A stretch of DNA of 64,000 nucleotides from Pseudogymnoascus verrucosus (Eukaryota), in the NCBI GenBank assembly GCA_001662655.1, contig KV460207.1; one strand, 5' to 3'. Below, one piece after another: positions 50,106 to 60,101 of the stretch. Positions within the stretch are counted from its first letter, which is position 1. The number at the start of each line of letters is the position of its first letter. Below the pieces are notes generated by a model. That model was not told the DNA's origin. It saw only the letters and a program-made list of their open reading frames with translations, and searched no databases. The position numbers were made by a program, and so were the translations under genes.

Positions 50106-52018
50106 ATGTTTTTGACAAGGATTTTGGGCATTGTTGCCTCATTTATTTATTTTGCCAGGTCCTCAGTTGCAGATCACAGCTGTCCCCCTGATGGACCTCT
50201 ACTTCCCCGCCCAATGACTCTCGCCAGCCAGGCGGAGTTCAAGGCCGCTGGGACACAATTATCTCATATTCTAGACTCTGTCATTAATGACAAAATTGAG
50301 GCTGGGTTCTCAGTTGAGAACACCTCCTTTTCGATTTCAATCACAACCCTTGATGATAGACATGGGAACCCAGCGTGGCAGTACCACCACAGAGGAGCAA
50401 ACAACGTGAAAGGAACCAAGAACGTCGACGGGGACACCCAGTATCTGATTGGGTCCATCTCTAAGGTCTTCACCGATCTTCTTTTGCTGAAATCCGGCCT
50501 CAACCTCGACGATCCTATCACGAAATACCTGCCAGAATTGATCAGCAACGATTCTCTAATCAACTGGAAGGACATTAGCCTCCGGGCTTTGGGCGCACAT
50601 CTTGGTGGCATCCAAGGGTTCTGTATGTTTCGCGTTATTCACCCTATACTGGCACAACTAATCCGACCAAGATGGATACCCTGAAATGTCATATACAGTG
50701 CCGGATTTCGAACAGCTGGGATTCCCGAAGCTCTCAGATGACGATTTTCCACAGTGTGGCGTATTGGGCATGAGCAAGGGATGCAACAAGAAGCGTTAGT
50801 TTTCAAGCCAGTTTTAAACGCCGAGCGCTAACCGTCGTTGTAGAACTTCTTGCTGGCCTGAGGGATACAGCTCCTGTCACAACACCCGGCCTTCGTCCTG
50901 CGTACTCATCAATATCCTTTGTTCTTTTATCATATGCCATGGAAGCTGCCACTGGAAAGAATTTCACCCAATACTTAGGCGAGCAGGTCATCAAACCATT
51001 GCATCTACCTGGCACGGGTGCATCTCCCGGAAATGATAAGAAAGCTGCGATACCCCCTATTGAAAACTCATGGGGAAGCGATTACGGAGACAACGTTCCG
51101 TGAGTATGCTCCTCAGATATGTAATTTATAGCTAATTATTTAAATAGTGGCGGCGGTCTCTACTCCACAACCAACGACATGTCTCAATTTATCAGGTCTA
51201 TTCTGACGCATAAGATTCTCTCCCAGACAGAAGTTAACACATGGCTAAAGCCGCTGTCAACGACCCCGCAACTCAATACCCTAGTGGGCATGCCCTGGGA
51301 GATTTATCGAAGTAATATCCTTACCCCAGATCATCCACACACAGTCGATGTATATTCCAAGCGCGGCAGTGCAATGGGCTATGAAGCTTATATGGGCATC
51401 ATCGACCAATATGGACTTGGCTTCACTATTCTCACCGCTGGTGGTTTCTCCGAGGCCGCAACAAACTTAGCAGACACTCTAATTGCCATCCTTCTGCCAG
51501 CCGCCGAAAAGGCTACACGTTCCGAAGCACAGGAATATGTAGGCAACTTCACCTCCAGCAAAGAGCACGAATCAGCCATTATAACCACAATGGACAATGG
51601 ACCAGGTCTGATTCTCTCAAACCTCACAAGAAACGGCTCCAATATTGTAGGGGCAATCAAGAGTCTCTGGGCCTCACAACCAGTCCCCCTTGGCGGGCTT
51701 TCAGAGACTCTGCGCCTCTATCCCGCAGGCGTGTCTCGCAGCATCCGCGTGACTGAATGCGTTAATGGCAAGGAGCAGACAAAGACACAGGTAGAAGAGG
51801 AGTGGCGCCTGCAGTTCGACATAGTATCCGGAAATGAGGCTCCCGGAAAACTGCCCTCGACATATCTCGTCGCTGGTGCCTGTGGTACGTTCCAGACACC
51901 TGGGTTGCTAGTGTATGGTGGCGAGGCGCTTGATCGGATTGTATTTGTTAAAGAGCACGGTAAGGTTGTTGGTGTGAAAGTCCCATCACTTCGTGTCGAG
52001 TTTGATGTCCGCGAGTAG
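50106..52018 (+). CDS. Secreted beta-lactamase/transpeptidase-like serine hydrolase (4 exons)
   Basis: Signal peptide, CPPDGPLLPRP, SxxK motif IGSISKVFT, LDDPITKYLPEL, PAYSS, GGLYST..D, GMPWEI, SKRG; three canonical introns. Confidence 0.9.
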
Positions 52019-52739
52019 TGTCGTATGTCAAAGCTGCTGAATATTTCATCTGCCATTAGAGAGAGGTGGTTGTAAAGGGGTTGTAGTATCATTCTCGGCA
52101 TTTTGGAATATAGGCTATACATTAAAGAGAGTGCAGTTTAATTTATATATATACAGAATTGGCACCTAGGGCGATGGCATGTGAGTGCATACTTGGCAGT
52201 TGTCTAGTTTGTCAAACCTCTGAGGTAGTTATCCTGTCTCTCAAACCTCTGAGCCAACCCAGGGTATGTACATCATGAAAAATAGCTCCTATAAAATGCA
52301 AGTGATAGTATCTGTAAACAGCACACAGCTTACTTACAGTTTTCTCTTTATTACTATGCCTATCATTTGCTACTTACAAACAAACAAATGTGAACCTGTA
52401 CAGGAAGCATAGCACAAATGCAATCCTCTAGAAAAAACAACTGGAGAGAGTTGGGCAAAAACTTGTAACTCAACACAGAAGTGATTCGCTTATTTGGTCG
52501 CCTCGTAGCTGCGAGGAAGTGAGGTGAGGTGGTAGACCTCACCTCGTTTTCGGCCAAGTCGCGCTCTTTTACCTCGACCTTAACTCCTCCAACCTTCTCT
52601 TCTCCAACCTTCACTCCTCCAACCTCAATTCCTCAGCATTCACTCCCCCAGCATTTATTCCACAAAAGCCTTCAATCTCAGCAACCTCCATTTCATACCT
52701 GCATCACCTGCCGCAAAACTCTCTCGAGGGCACGACACC

Positions 52740-53458
52740 ATGGGCAGTAAGTATTATCAATAATGATTAATGTGAATCTCTGAAATTAACACACAGATAG
52801 GATCTAAGAACCACAATAAGAACCCCCGTCACGTCCACCATGAGCCATCCCAACCCTCGTATGGCGGTGTCCAAAAGTCGAGATTGGAAGTCAAAATGCG
52901 AAGGAAAGACGGAGACAAGTATGTTGACGATATTAGGGCCGAAGTAAGTGTATAATTTTATATTCATACGACATATCTGACAAGGATATATAGGTCATAA
53001 AGGAGAGAAGGGCAGCAGAAGAAGCAGCAGCAGAGGGGCCATCTCCGGGCCAAAGACTTCGACGCGGGGAGCTTTTGGCTGAAAAAGAAAACTACTTGAA
53101 GCGATTCACCGCCGCCAATGCAAGGATCGCCGCGGCAAAGAAAGCCGTCGACACCGCAGCTGCACAGTATGAAGAAGCCAAGGAGGAGAAGCGAGTGATG
53201 GAGGCGGCATACCGCGATATTTTGACTGAGCTTGGTCGTATCCCAGCTGATCTCTCCAGCTCCAGAGGAGGGACGTTGAGGAGTGGGGTCGATATCGTGA
53301 CGAAGGAGGAGGGGGAGAATGTTGCGAAGCAGGAAGTAGAACATGTTGTGAAGCAGGAAGGGGAATATGTTGTGAATCAGGAAAAAGAAAATGTTGTGAA
53401 GCAGGAGGGGGAGAATGTCATGAAGCAGGAAGAAGGAGGAGTCGTCGAAGAGGAATAG
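52740..53458 (+). CDS. Orphan 204-aa coiled-coil protein with C-terminal 8-aa repeats (exons 52740-52746, 52801-52943, 52994-53458)
   Basis: Two GTAAGT...TAG introns give a single open frame MGRSKNHNKNPR...DDIRAE|VIKERR...; helical A/E/K-rich middle region. Confidence 0.7.
53290..53455 (+). repeat. 24-bp coding minisatellite (~6 units, consensus ENVVKQEG)
   Basis: DIVTKEEG ENVAKQEV EHVVKQEG EYVVNQEK ENVVKQEG ENVMKQEE. Confidence 0.85.
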
Positions 53459-53941
53459 GAGAGGGGAGGGGGGGATATGTTTTGATGGATGTCGAGAGTA
53501 ACGAACCACATATCCTGCTTATATTTTGCTGTATATAATAATCGGGGCATAACTGTTTAGCTAATCCCAATAATAATTGCGCGACAAGCAACGACATTTC
53601 ACTCAACGATATAATCAGCATAGTATTTGTGACGTCGAAAAGTTTGGAGAGTGACTGTACAACAACAGCTGAGTTGGTATAATAACTGTAGCCTCGCACT
53701 CCCCTTCGACCCACTTAATCCCACCCATATCACGTGCATCTAATTCTCGCGTCTCCACCTACAAAAATCTCCAAACGTCGAAGCTCTCTCCCACTCCACA
53801 AACCTCACAATGGCAGATTCCCGGTTCTGATGTCCAACATGGAGATACCAAACCCATTCCACACGTAAGAATTGGACTTAAATACTGAAGCGCATGTCTC
53901 CCTTTCTCCCCTGTCCTTTCCTTGCCTCCCCGAACACTGTC

Positions 53942-54140
53942 TCCTGCCTCGCTCAGCTCCGCCTTCCTCTGGCAGAGTTTCGAGCTGGATGCGCGCCGGT
54001 CCGCAAGGACCGCCGTGTACGAGACCAGAACGAACCCAGCGACCTTTGAGTGCGTACCCTCTCGATCCATGTGGAGGATTGCGCAATTTGTTGTCTGGGA
54101 CAGACAAGACGATAACGAACTGTTTGGAGACGAAGCAGGA
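53942..54140 (+). ncRNA. Putative structured ncRNA (H/ACA-like or unclassified)
   Basis: Several hairpins that need G-U pairs on the + strand, a GCAA tetraloop, a pocket-containing hairpin followed by ACA, and complementary ends. No convincing ORF. Confidence 0.5.
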
Positions 54141-54299
54141 TTTCATTCTATAGTTGTAGGCAATAATTGGAAGAAGTTCATAGAAAACCAAATGGATATA
54201 TACCCCCCCAAGACTCCTATCTATATCATCGCTCAATGCAGACCCAATGCAATGCAATGTTAATAATACGCCGCCAATCGCACAATTCAATCCCACTCT

Positions 54300-56117
54300 T
54301 TACTCCGCAAACCCAATGCTCTCCCTCGCATCATCCACTACCCTCCCATATTCAAGCAGCAGCCGAAAGAACCACACCTCGAGATCCGCATTCCTCAGCG
54401 CCCTCCCCGCCCACTCCGTACTCCTCATCGCAAGCGCCTTCCCCTCTTCTGTCGCAGCTCCCCCTCCCGCACCCCCATCCGTAATCCACCTCATCGCCTC
54501 AACCCAGTCCCTCCCATGCAAGCTCAGCGGCACATAATGCACCCACTCGCGCAGCCACTCCGCGTGCCACTCGCGCGAGATTCCCATCTTCAGCACCGCA
54601 CTCCCACTCTGCAGGAAGCTGTAGAAGCGCCCGCTGAAAGCGTTGCCGTCCATGTCGAGCAGGTAACGGGAGCGCCATGCATCGTTCGGGTCTACCTTGG
54701 GGAGCACGTGGAAGGCCTCGCGCTGCGCGGTGCAGTCGCCTGTATCACATTGCCCGACTTCAGTGAACTTGATGTCGAAGAGGTCTTTGTGGTCCTGCAC
54801 AGCAGTGCTTTTTTCAGTCCACTCCGTGGCGCTGTCTTCCTTGGCGAGGATCGGGGTTTGGTCGTTGGAATTTGCTTTAAGGACGAAACGCTGACGATGA
54901 TGGCGGCGCCACGCTCCGAAGCGCGAGTAGCCGCCGGTAGTCCCGCCGCGCCAGTACAGAGTCTCTTGTTTCTCGGCCCATGGTATGTCTTTCGTGGCAT
55001 TATAGGGCACCATGTCGTACCAGTACCAGGGGGAAGGGTATATGATGTCTTGGAAGCTGGATATCTTGCTCTGCGAGAATATAGGGATGAGATCCTGAGC
55101 AACGTTGAAGCTGTTTGCGCTCGCAAATAAGCCGTAGTTTTTGCTGAACGATGGGGAATTGCAGATATCGCTATACGCCGTCTGGTTTGTTATGAAACCT
55201 AGCGGAGTGGTAATCGACTTGTTGTTGACGTCTGGCACTTCTCCCACTTCCAGGAGAGAGCGCGATGGCGAATCAGGTGGACACGAAAGTTTCGAGTGCG
55301 CCCAGGTCGACTGGTGAGAAAAGTAGTTAAACCGTGACGTCGGCACTTCCTTGATCCCCTTAACTAAATCCGCATGCGAACTCCACGCGTTCCGTGGCTT
55401 CTCATTCAGCATCGCCGTCTCTATGCTCTCCTTACCATTCGCCACAAGTCTTTGTAGGTCATCATGTGGCACCGCCACGCGTGGCTCATCGTGCACATTG
55501 AATGCCAAATCCATATCTGGCAGGTACTGTGTGAATTCTTTCGTCATCCCCTTTAGTGCATCTCTCACCCAACTCTGGCCCCCCTCTGTATGCGTGACAT
55601 TCCCCTGCCGAATCTGCAGCGCAATGAGCATGTTATCGTGGCCAAGAGCTTCGGTGACGCGCGCGCGCAGGACAGCGGGTGGGAGTCCCCGGAATGGGAG
55701 GAGGAGGTCGTGAATGGTGTCGAACTCATCGACGAGGACGACCTTGCGCGCTTTGGCGAAAGCGTACCACTTGTCAAAGTTTGGGGGCGGGGAGAGGCCA
55801 TAGCGGCGCTTGTATTCGGCGATGACTTGGGAGAGACTGGTTGATTGCCGGGCCTTGAGGGCTTCGAAGTCGGCGTTGGCGTTGGCTATTAGAGTTCGTA
55901 TGGGGTGGTCGCCAGAGCCAGTTGTAGGCGTTGGTGGCGTTGGAGTGGCTAACTTGTATTCCGTATCTCGCGAGGAGCTTTGGGGAGAAAATATCTTTGG
56001 GATAGAAGCTGGGGCTTTGCCATCTCGCAAGAAAACCAATGTCGTAGTAAGGAGAACAGAGGCAAGTATAAGACACACAATCCTTGTCGGGGTTCTTCGT
56101 CGCATCTTGCGAGACAT
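54300..56117 (-). CDS. GT90/CAP10-domain glycosyltransferase (Cxt1-like xylosyltransferase family), type II membrane protein
   Basis: N-terminal signal anchor; HPI..L, EY.RRYG..PPPNFDKW, LPDMDLAFN.HDEPRV, PIFSQSK, LYWRG.TTGG, RYLLDMDGNAFSGRF, WVHYVPL. Confidence 0.92.
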   Translation of the reverse strand: MSRKMRRRTPTRIVCLILASVLLTTTLVFLRDGKAPASIPKIFSPQSSSRDTEYKLATPTPPTPTTGSGDHPIRTLIANANADFEALKARQSTSLSQVIAEYKRRYGLSPPPNFDKWYAFAKARKVVLVDEFDTIHDLLLPFRGLPPAVLRARVTEALGHDNMLIALQIRQGNVTHTEGGQSWVRDALKGMTKEFTQYLPDMDLAFNVHDEPRVAVPHDDLQRLVANGKESIETAMLNEKPRNAWSSHADLVKGIKEVPTSRFNYFSHQSTWAHSKLSCPPDSPSRSLLEVGEVPDVNNKSITTPLGFITNQTAYSDICNSPSFSKNYGLFASANSFNVAQDLIPIFSQSKISSFQDIIYPSPWYWYDMVPYNATKDIPWAEKQETLYWRGGTTGGYSRFGAWRRHHRQRFVLKANSNDQTPILAKEDSATEWTEKSTAVQDHKDLFDIKFTEVGQCDTGDCTAQREAFHVLPKVDPNDAWRSRYLLDMDGNAFSGRFYSFLQSGSAVLKMGISREWHAEWLREWVHYVPLSLHGRDWVEAMRWITDGGAGGGAATEEGKALAMRSTEWAGRALRNADLEVWFFRLLLEYGRVVDDARESIGFAE

Positions 56118-56602
56118 CCACTCGCAACTGTCCCTTAATTATGACCCAAAATAAATGTTATAAAGGCAGACAGGTCTCTGGTGATAGTTCAAGCTGTTTA
56201 AGAACTATTGTTTCAGCCGGACAGCTCACTAGACGTTCCGCAAAGTGGACGATAGTAATTTTATGTCAGGATTTCGAAAAGTAAACAAAGGCATTCATGC
56301 CCTCCGTTATCTCTTATCTAAATACGGAATGTCATTGGCCGTTGTGGGCAACTGCCACGTGGTCACGTGCAAAGTCAAAGTCCTCTCAGCAATTATATGA
56401 ACCACACCGCGAAAAATTAAATGGGGATCATGAGCTTTTAATTGTCTTTATATGCACGGCTATCTAGCTTTCGCCGCTTATCCCTCTACAGATTCATACA
56501 TTGGAACCAACGCCCAAAGTCTTTCCATTCCCGGGATATATCCTTTTGATGTCCGATGCATTGCTCATGATACTCCAAGACGCCGTTTGCCAGTCCGATA
56601 AT

Positions 56603-57193
56603 CTAGTAGAAGAAACCGATGATCTTGCCGGCAACGTGCTTGCGGCGGGCCTCCTCGTGGTCCATGATGCCAGCGGAGGTGGTCAGGACGATGTAACCGA
56701 ACTGACGGGCGGGCAGCAGCTTGACAACCCACTTCTCGAGGTCACCGAGACCGACGTTGTAGCGGGGGGAGATGACACCGGTCTTGTTGAGACGTCCGTT
56801 CAACTGGATGACGATCTTGCCGGAGCGGTGGTCATCGACCTCCTCGAACTCTCCGATGTAGCCTAGGAGATATGTCAGTATATCGCGAAAATTTAAAAGT
56901 CGCATAGTTAATGGAAATAACATGAAACGTGTAAGATCCTCGCATGATAATATATCGGCAACTTAAAGGACTATGGTCGTAGGAATCGGAACCGTCATCT
57001 AGTTATCATGCCGAATGGCAAGGAAAGAAAGCAAGAAAACGAAAAGAGAAGTAAACGTACCGTGCTTCTGCATGACAGCAAGGAACTTGACGATGACCTT
57101 GGAGGAAGGTCTGATGAGGACCTGGCGCTTTCCGGCCTTCTCGGCGTTGTTGATGGCGTTAAGCGCATCGTTGAGGACGGAAGTCTTGACCAT
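56603..57193 (-). CDS. RPS22: 40S ribosomal protein S22/uS8; coding intron ~56863-57060 and 5'-UTR intron 57242-57471
   Basis: [61 protein letters not shown]...GKIIGFFY. Confidence 0.97.
56878..57016 (-). ncRNA. snR44: Intronic H/ACA snoRNA, snR44 orthologue
   Basis: Hairpin 1 pocket GAUAACU/UUUAA matches 18S UUAAA-Psi-C-AGUUAUC, with H box AUAUUA 14 nt downstream. Hairpin 2 pocket UCUUACA/UUUAAA matches 25S UUUAAA-Psi-A-UGUAAGA, with an AUA box 14 nt downstream. Same host gene as yeast snR44. Confidence 0.85.
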
Positions 57194-57471
57194 TTTGGCG
57201 GTGGGAGAAGGTTCTCAGATCGTAGATTTGAAAAGAGGTACCTGTCAGGAAAATAAAGTTAGCCTTCATGGGCCTGAAGCATAGAAGAGTGCCCTCGTGC
57301 TGAGCAGAGGGTTCTTCAGCTTTTGTCGCAAGGAGAGAAGCGTATCGGTGTCTTCAGACAGCGATGCAGTACGTCAAGCGCATGCAGGCCAGAATGAGTG
57401 GACAATCGATTGCTCCCTCCGCCCTTATGAAGGACTTTTGAAATATAGCAACAGCATTGTGGTGTACATAC

Positions 57472-57713
57472 CTTGTGTTTTGGATTGATCCAGTTGTCGT
57501 TGAAGAGGAATGAAGAGAAAAGTTTCGCGATGCTTTGACATTAGCTCTGGTCTGGTGGTGTTGTGTGGGAGCTAGCCATGTTAGGACTAGGTTTCGCGGT
57601 TAAGCGATGAGGGCACGCACTTTAAGGCCCGCTGTTGAACATCGCAAGGTTCTTTTTCACATTCAAACAACCACTTCGAGGATCTTTCGACATTAACCTG
57701 AAAGCCATACAAG
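57472..57713. promoter_or_regulatory. Compact bidirectional promoter of RPS22/RPS12
   Basis: About 240 bp between the RPS22 leader donor and the RPS12 ATG; contains PAC-like GCGATGAG at 57604-57611. Confidence 0.65.
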
Positions 57714-58326
57714 ATGGTATGTACTTCCAATTCCTCAATCCAGAATCACCCTCTCGATAGTCTTTAGAGAATTCCAGACAACGCACGCACACAAGCCATT
57801 CATGTACTAACTGCGCTTAGTCGGACGTAGAAGAGGATACCCCCGCTGTTGAGGTGCAAGATGAGGTCGAAGTCTCCGGCGAGGCTCCCAAGGGACAAAT
57901 GTCGGTTCTCGATGCGCTGAAGGGCGTTCTCAAGCTCGCGCTCATGCACGACGGTCTTGCACGCGGTCTCCGTGAGGCCTCCAAGGCTCTCGATCGTCGC
58001 CAGGCACACATGTGCGTCCTCAACGAGGCTTGCGAGGAGGAGGCCTACAAGAAGCTTGTTGTGGCCCTGTGCTCTGAGCACAAGATCCCTCTCATCAAGG
58101 TCCCAGACGGAAAGCAGCTCGGAGAATGGGCTGGTCTTTGTGCGTATACCCAGATACATATTTTTTGATTTGGTTTGAGAATTATACTAATTGGTCCACA
58201 GGCGTTTTGGATCGTGAGGGAAATGCCCGCAAGGTTGTCAACTGCTCGTGCGTTGTCGTCAAGGATTGGGGTGAGGAGTCGCAGGAGCGCTCCATCCTCC
58301 TCAACTACTTCCAGACTGAGCAGTAG
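57714..58326 (+). CDS. RPS12: 40S ribosomal protein S12/eS12; introns 57717-57820 and 58140-58201
   Basis: ATG-only first exon; [71 protein letters not shown]. Confidence 0.97.
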
Positions 58327-60101
58327 AGGACTTTTGTTGGACCACAGGTGCAAGGCATGATGGATGGGGTTACACAGGGGGGAACATTGGCTATGTCATG
58401 ACATGACGGTGGGATATCTTCTGATGTACTCTAGCTTCGGGCTTGCATAGCTGGACATCAATGAAACTTCAATTGTGCAATTTAGCTGTGTAATTTTTTT
58501 GTGTGCTGTGAGCCACGTGATATATCATGTGATGTGTCATGTGACCAAGCACTTAGCCTGTCCTATGTAATTTATGTGATAATGGATCACCACTGTCACA
58601 GGCTTGCCAGCGTCTCAATTTCATTGCTCCGCGCTTGTGGACACGAGTAATAACTTCGGCTCTCTCCGACACGGAATATTAAATCCATCAACCGGCTCAG
58701 AAGCAGCCCCAGTTCCGCTCATCACGTTGGGCTTCTTCAATCTTTTCGCCATCTCCAACAGCTGCACACAATCATTGCCAAGACGCTCCATCGCCGAATG
58801 AGGAAGGCCCTTAAGAAGTAGGAAGGAGGAGCACGTGCAGCGAGATTGTGTTTGACAGTCGGCATTCCAAGGGATAGCGTGATTGGGTAGGTGCTTGCGG
58901 TAGGTTGGCGCTTGTTGCTTGGCGCTGCCGAGGCGGTTGGGGAAAGTTGAACGCGGCGTCAAGGGGATTGGAACTAAGATGCCGACGTCCTTCCTATATC
59001 TGTTTTCAGCGCATCTGAACCGTACAAAGTAGAGCATGACTACTGGGACTACAATACGGCCAAGGGGCGGTTCATACGAATATATTGATTCTCCATGAGG
59101 TAGCCCAACCACAAGTACACCACTTATGTACTGTAGGAGAGTACGTACGTGGTATGAGACATGGCATGAGTGCCGTACCGAGGGTGAGCACGTCCCCTAT
59201 ATACAGTTTATAGTACAGCACTTCACCCTGCATGGCCGATATATAGCCAGGCGGTTGCCGACGCACCTGCTCCATACGAGCGGAGCACAGAGCACGGCAG
59301 AAAGCTTCGCGCATACGCCGGCCATATGTCGGCCGTTAGCAGCGGGTGTTTTCTTAAGCTATTGCGGGGAGCCACACCCATTGACTAGTGGCACAAGATG
59401 GGGGGAAAGGGACAGGTCGGTTTCAGCAGTGTCCTACTTTACAGTTCTGTACCAATAAACTGTTCTGTGCCTTCCTGTATGGGGCCCTTAGGGTGGCCTG
59501 TACTACCTCGTACACCGTGGAACACTAAGGTCCGTGACGGCGTCGAGGCGCGAGTCCGTCTTGCCACCAACAAGTGATAGGATGTCGTATCGGGCAGGCG
59601 GCCAAGGGTGCTGCCGCTGTCCTTCTTCACACCTGCCACATCTGGCCTGAGACCGTCCTTCAACCGATAGTACAACACTATAGCCATCCCATGGTGCCAT
59701 GGTCTGGCGCTGGTCTCAGTCCCACAGGATACCCACAAGGAGCTCTATCTTCCATCCAACATCCCTCCTGCGATCTGCAGCCCGCCACTCATCCCTTCTA
59801 TCTCCGTATCTAGCAAGGATAATCCTCCTGTCACTCCAATCCCCCCTGTCCTGCTAGCTATCTCGACTGCAATTCTGGGAATACGGTCTAGTCGTCTACC
59901 ACTGTATCGCTCGTGGCCATGGGTGATGACAGACTGGGGTCGAGGTTAGGGTCGCACGACCGCCCTTAGCCGTGGCCAGGAGCTGTCTCAAATGCGCATA
60001 TATTCTTGCCAGTCCCCCGCTCCCTTGATGCATAGAAGCTACAAGTTTCCAGACACGGTTGTTCCGCCCCAACCTACCTTGACCGAGAGACGACGATCAT
60101 T

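Noticed and set aside
52299..52315. CAAGTGATAGTATCTGT resembling the U2 snRNA branch-recognition region
   Set aside because: Contains an extra base and lacks U2 stem I, stem II and Sm site; a chance match.
53810..53864. MADSRF-TGA-CPTW as a selenocysteine or readthrough ORF
   Set aside because: Dikarya lack Sec machinery and no downstream frame yields a recognisable protein.
54135..54153. GCAGGATTTCATTCTATAG resembling U3 box A
   Set aside because: Imperfect match with no downstream C'/B/C/D boxes.
58513..58545. Near-palindrome CACGTGATATATCATGTG and other CACGTG E-boxes (15727, 33038, 53731, 56356)
   Set aside because: A frequent intergenic motif in these genomes; no specific function can be assigned from sequence alone.
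58621..59813. Short ORFs between RPS12 and the OPT gene
   Set aside because: No codon bias, motifs or consistent splice structure; likely promoter or leader sequence.
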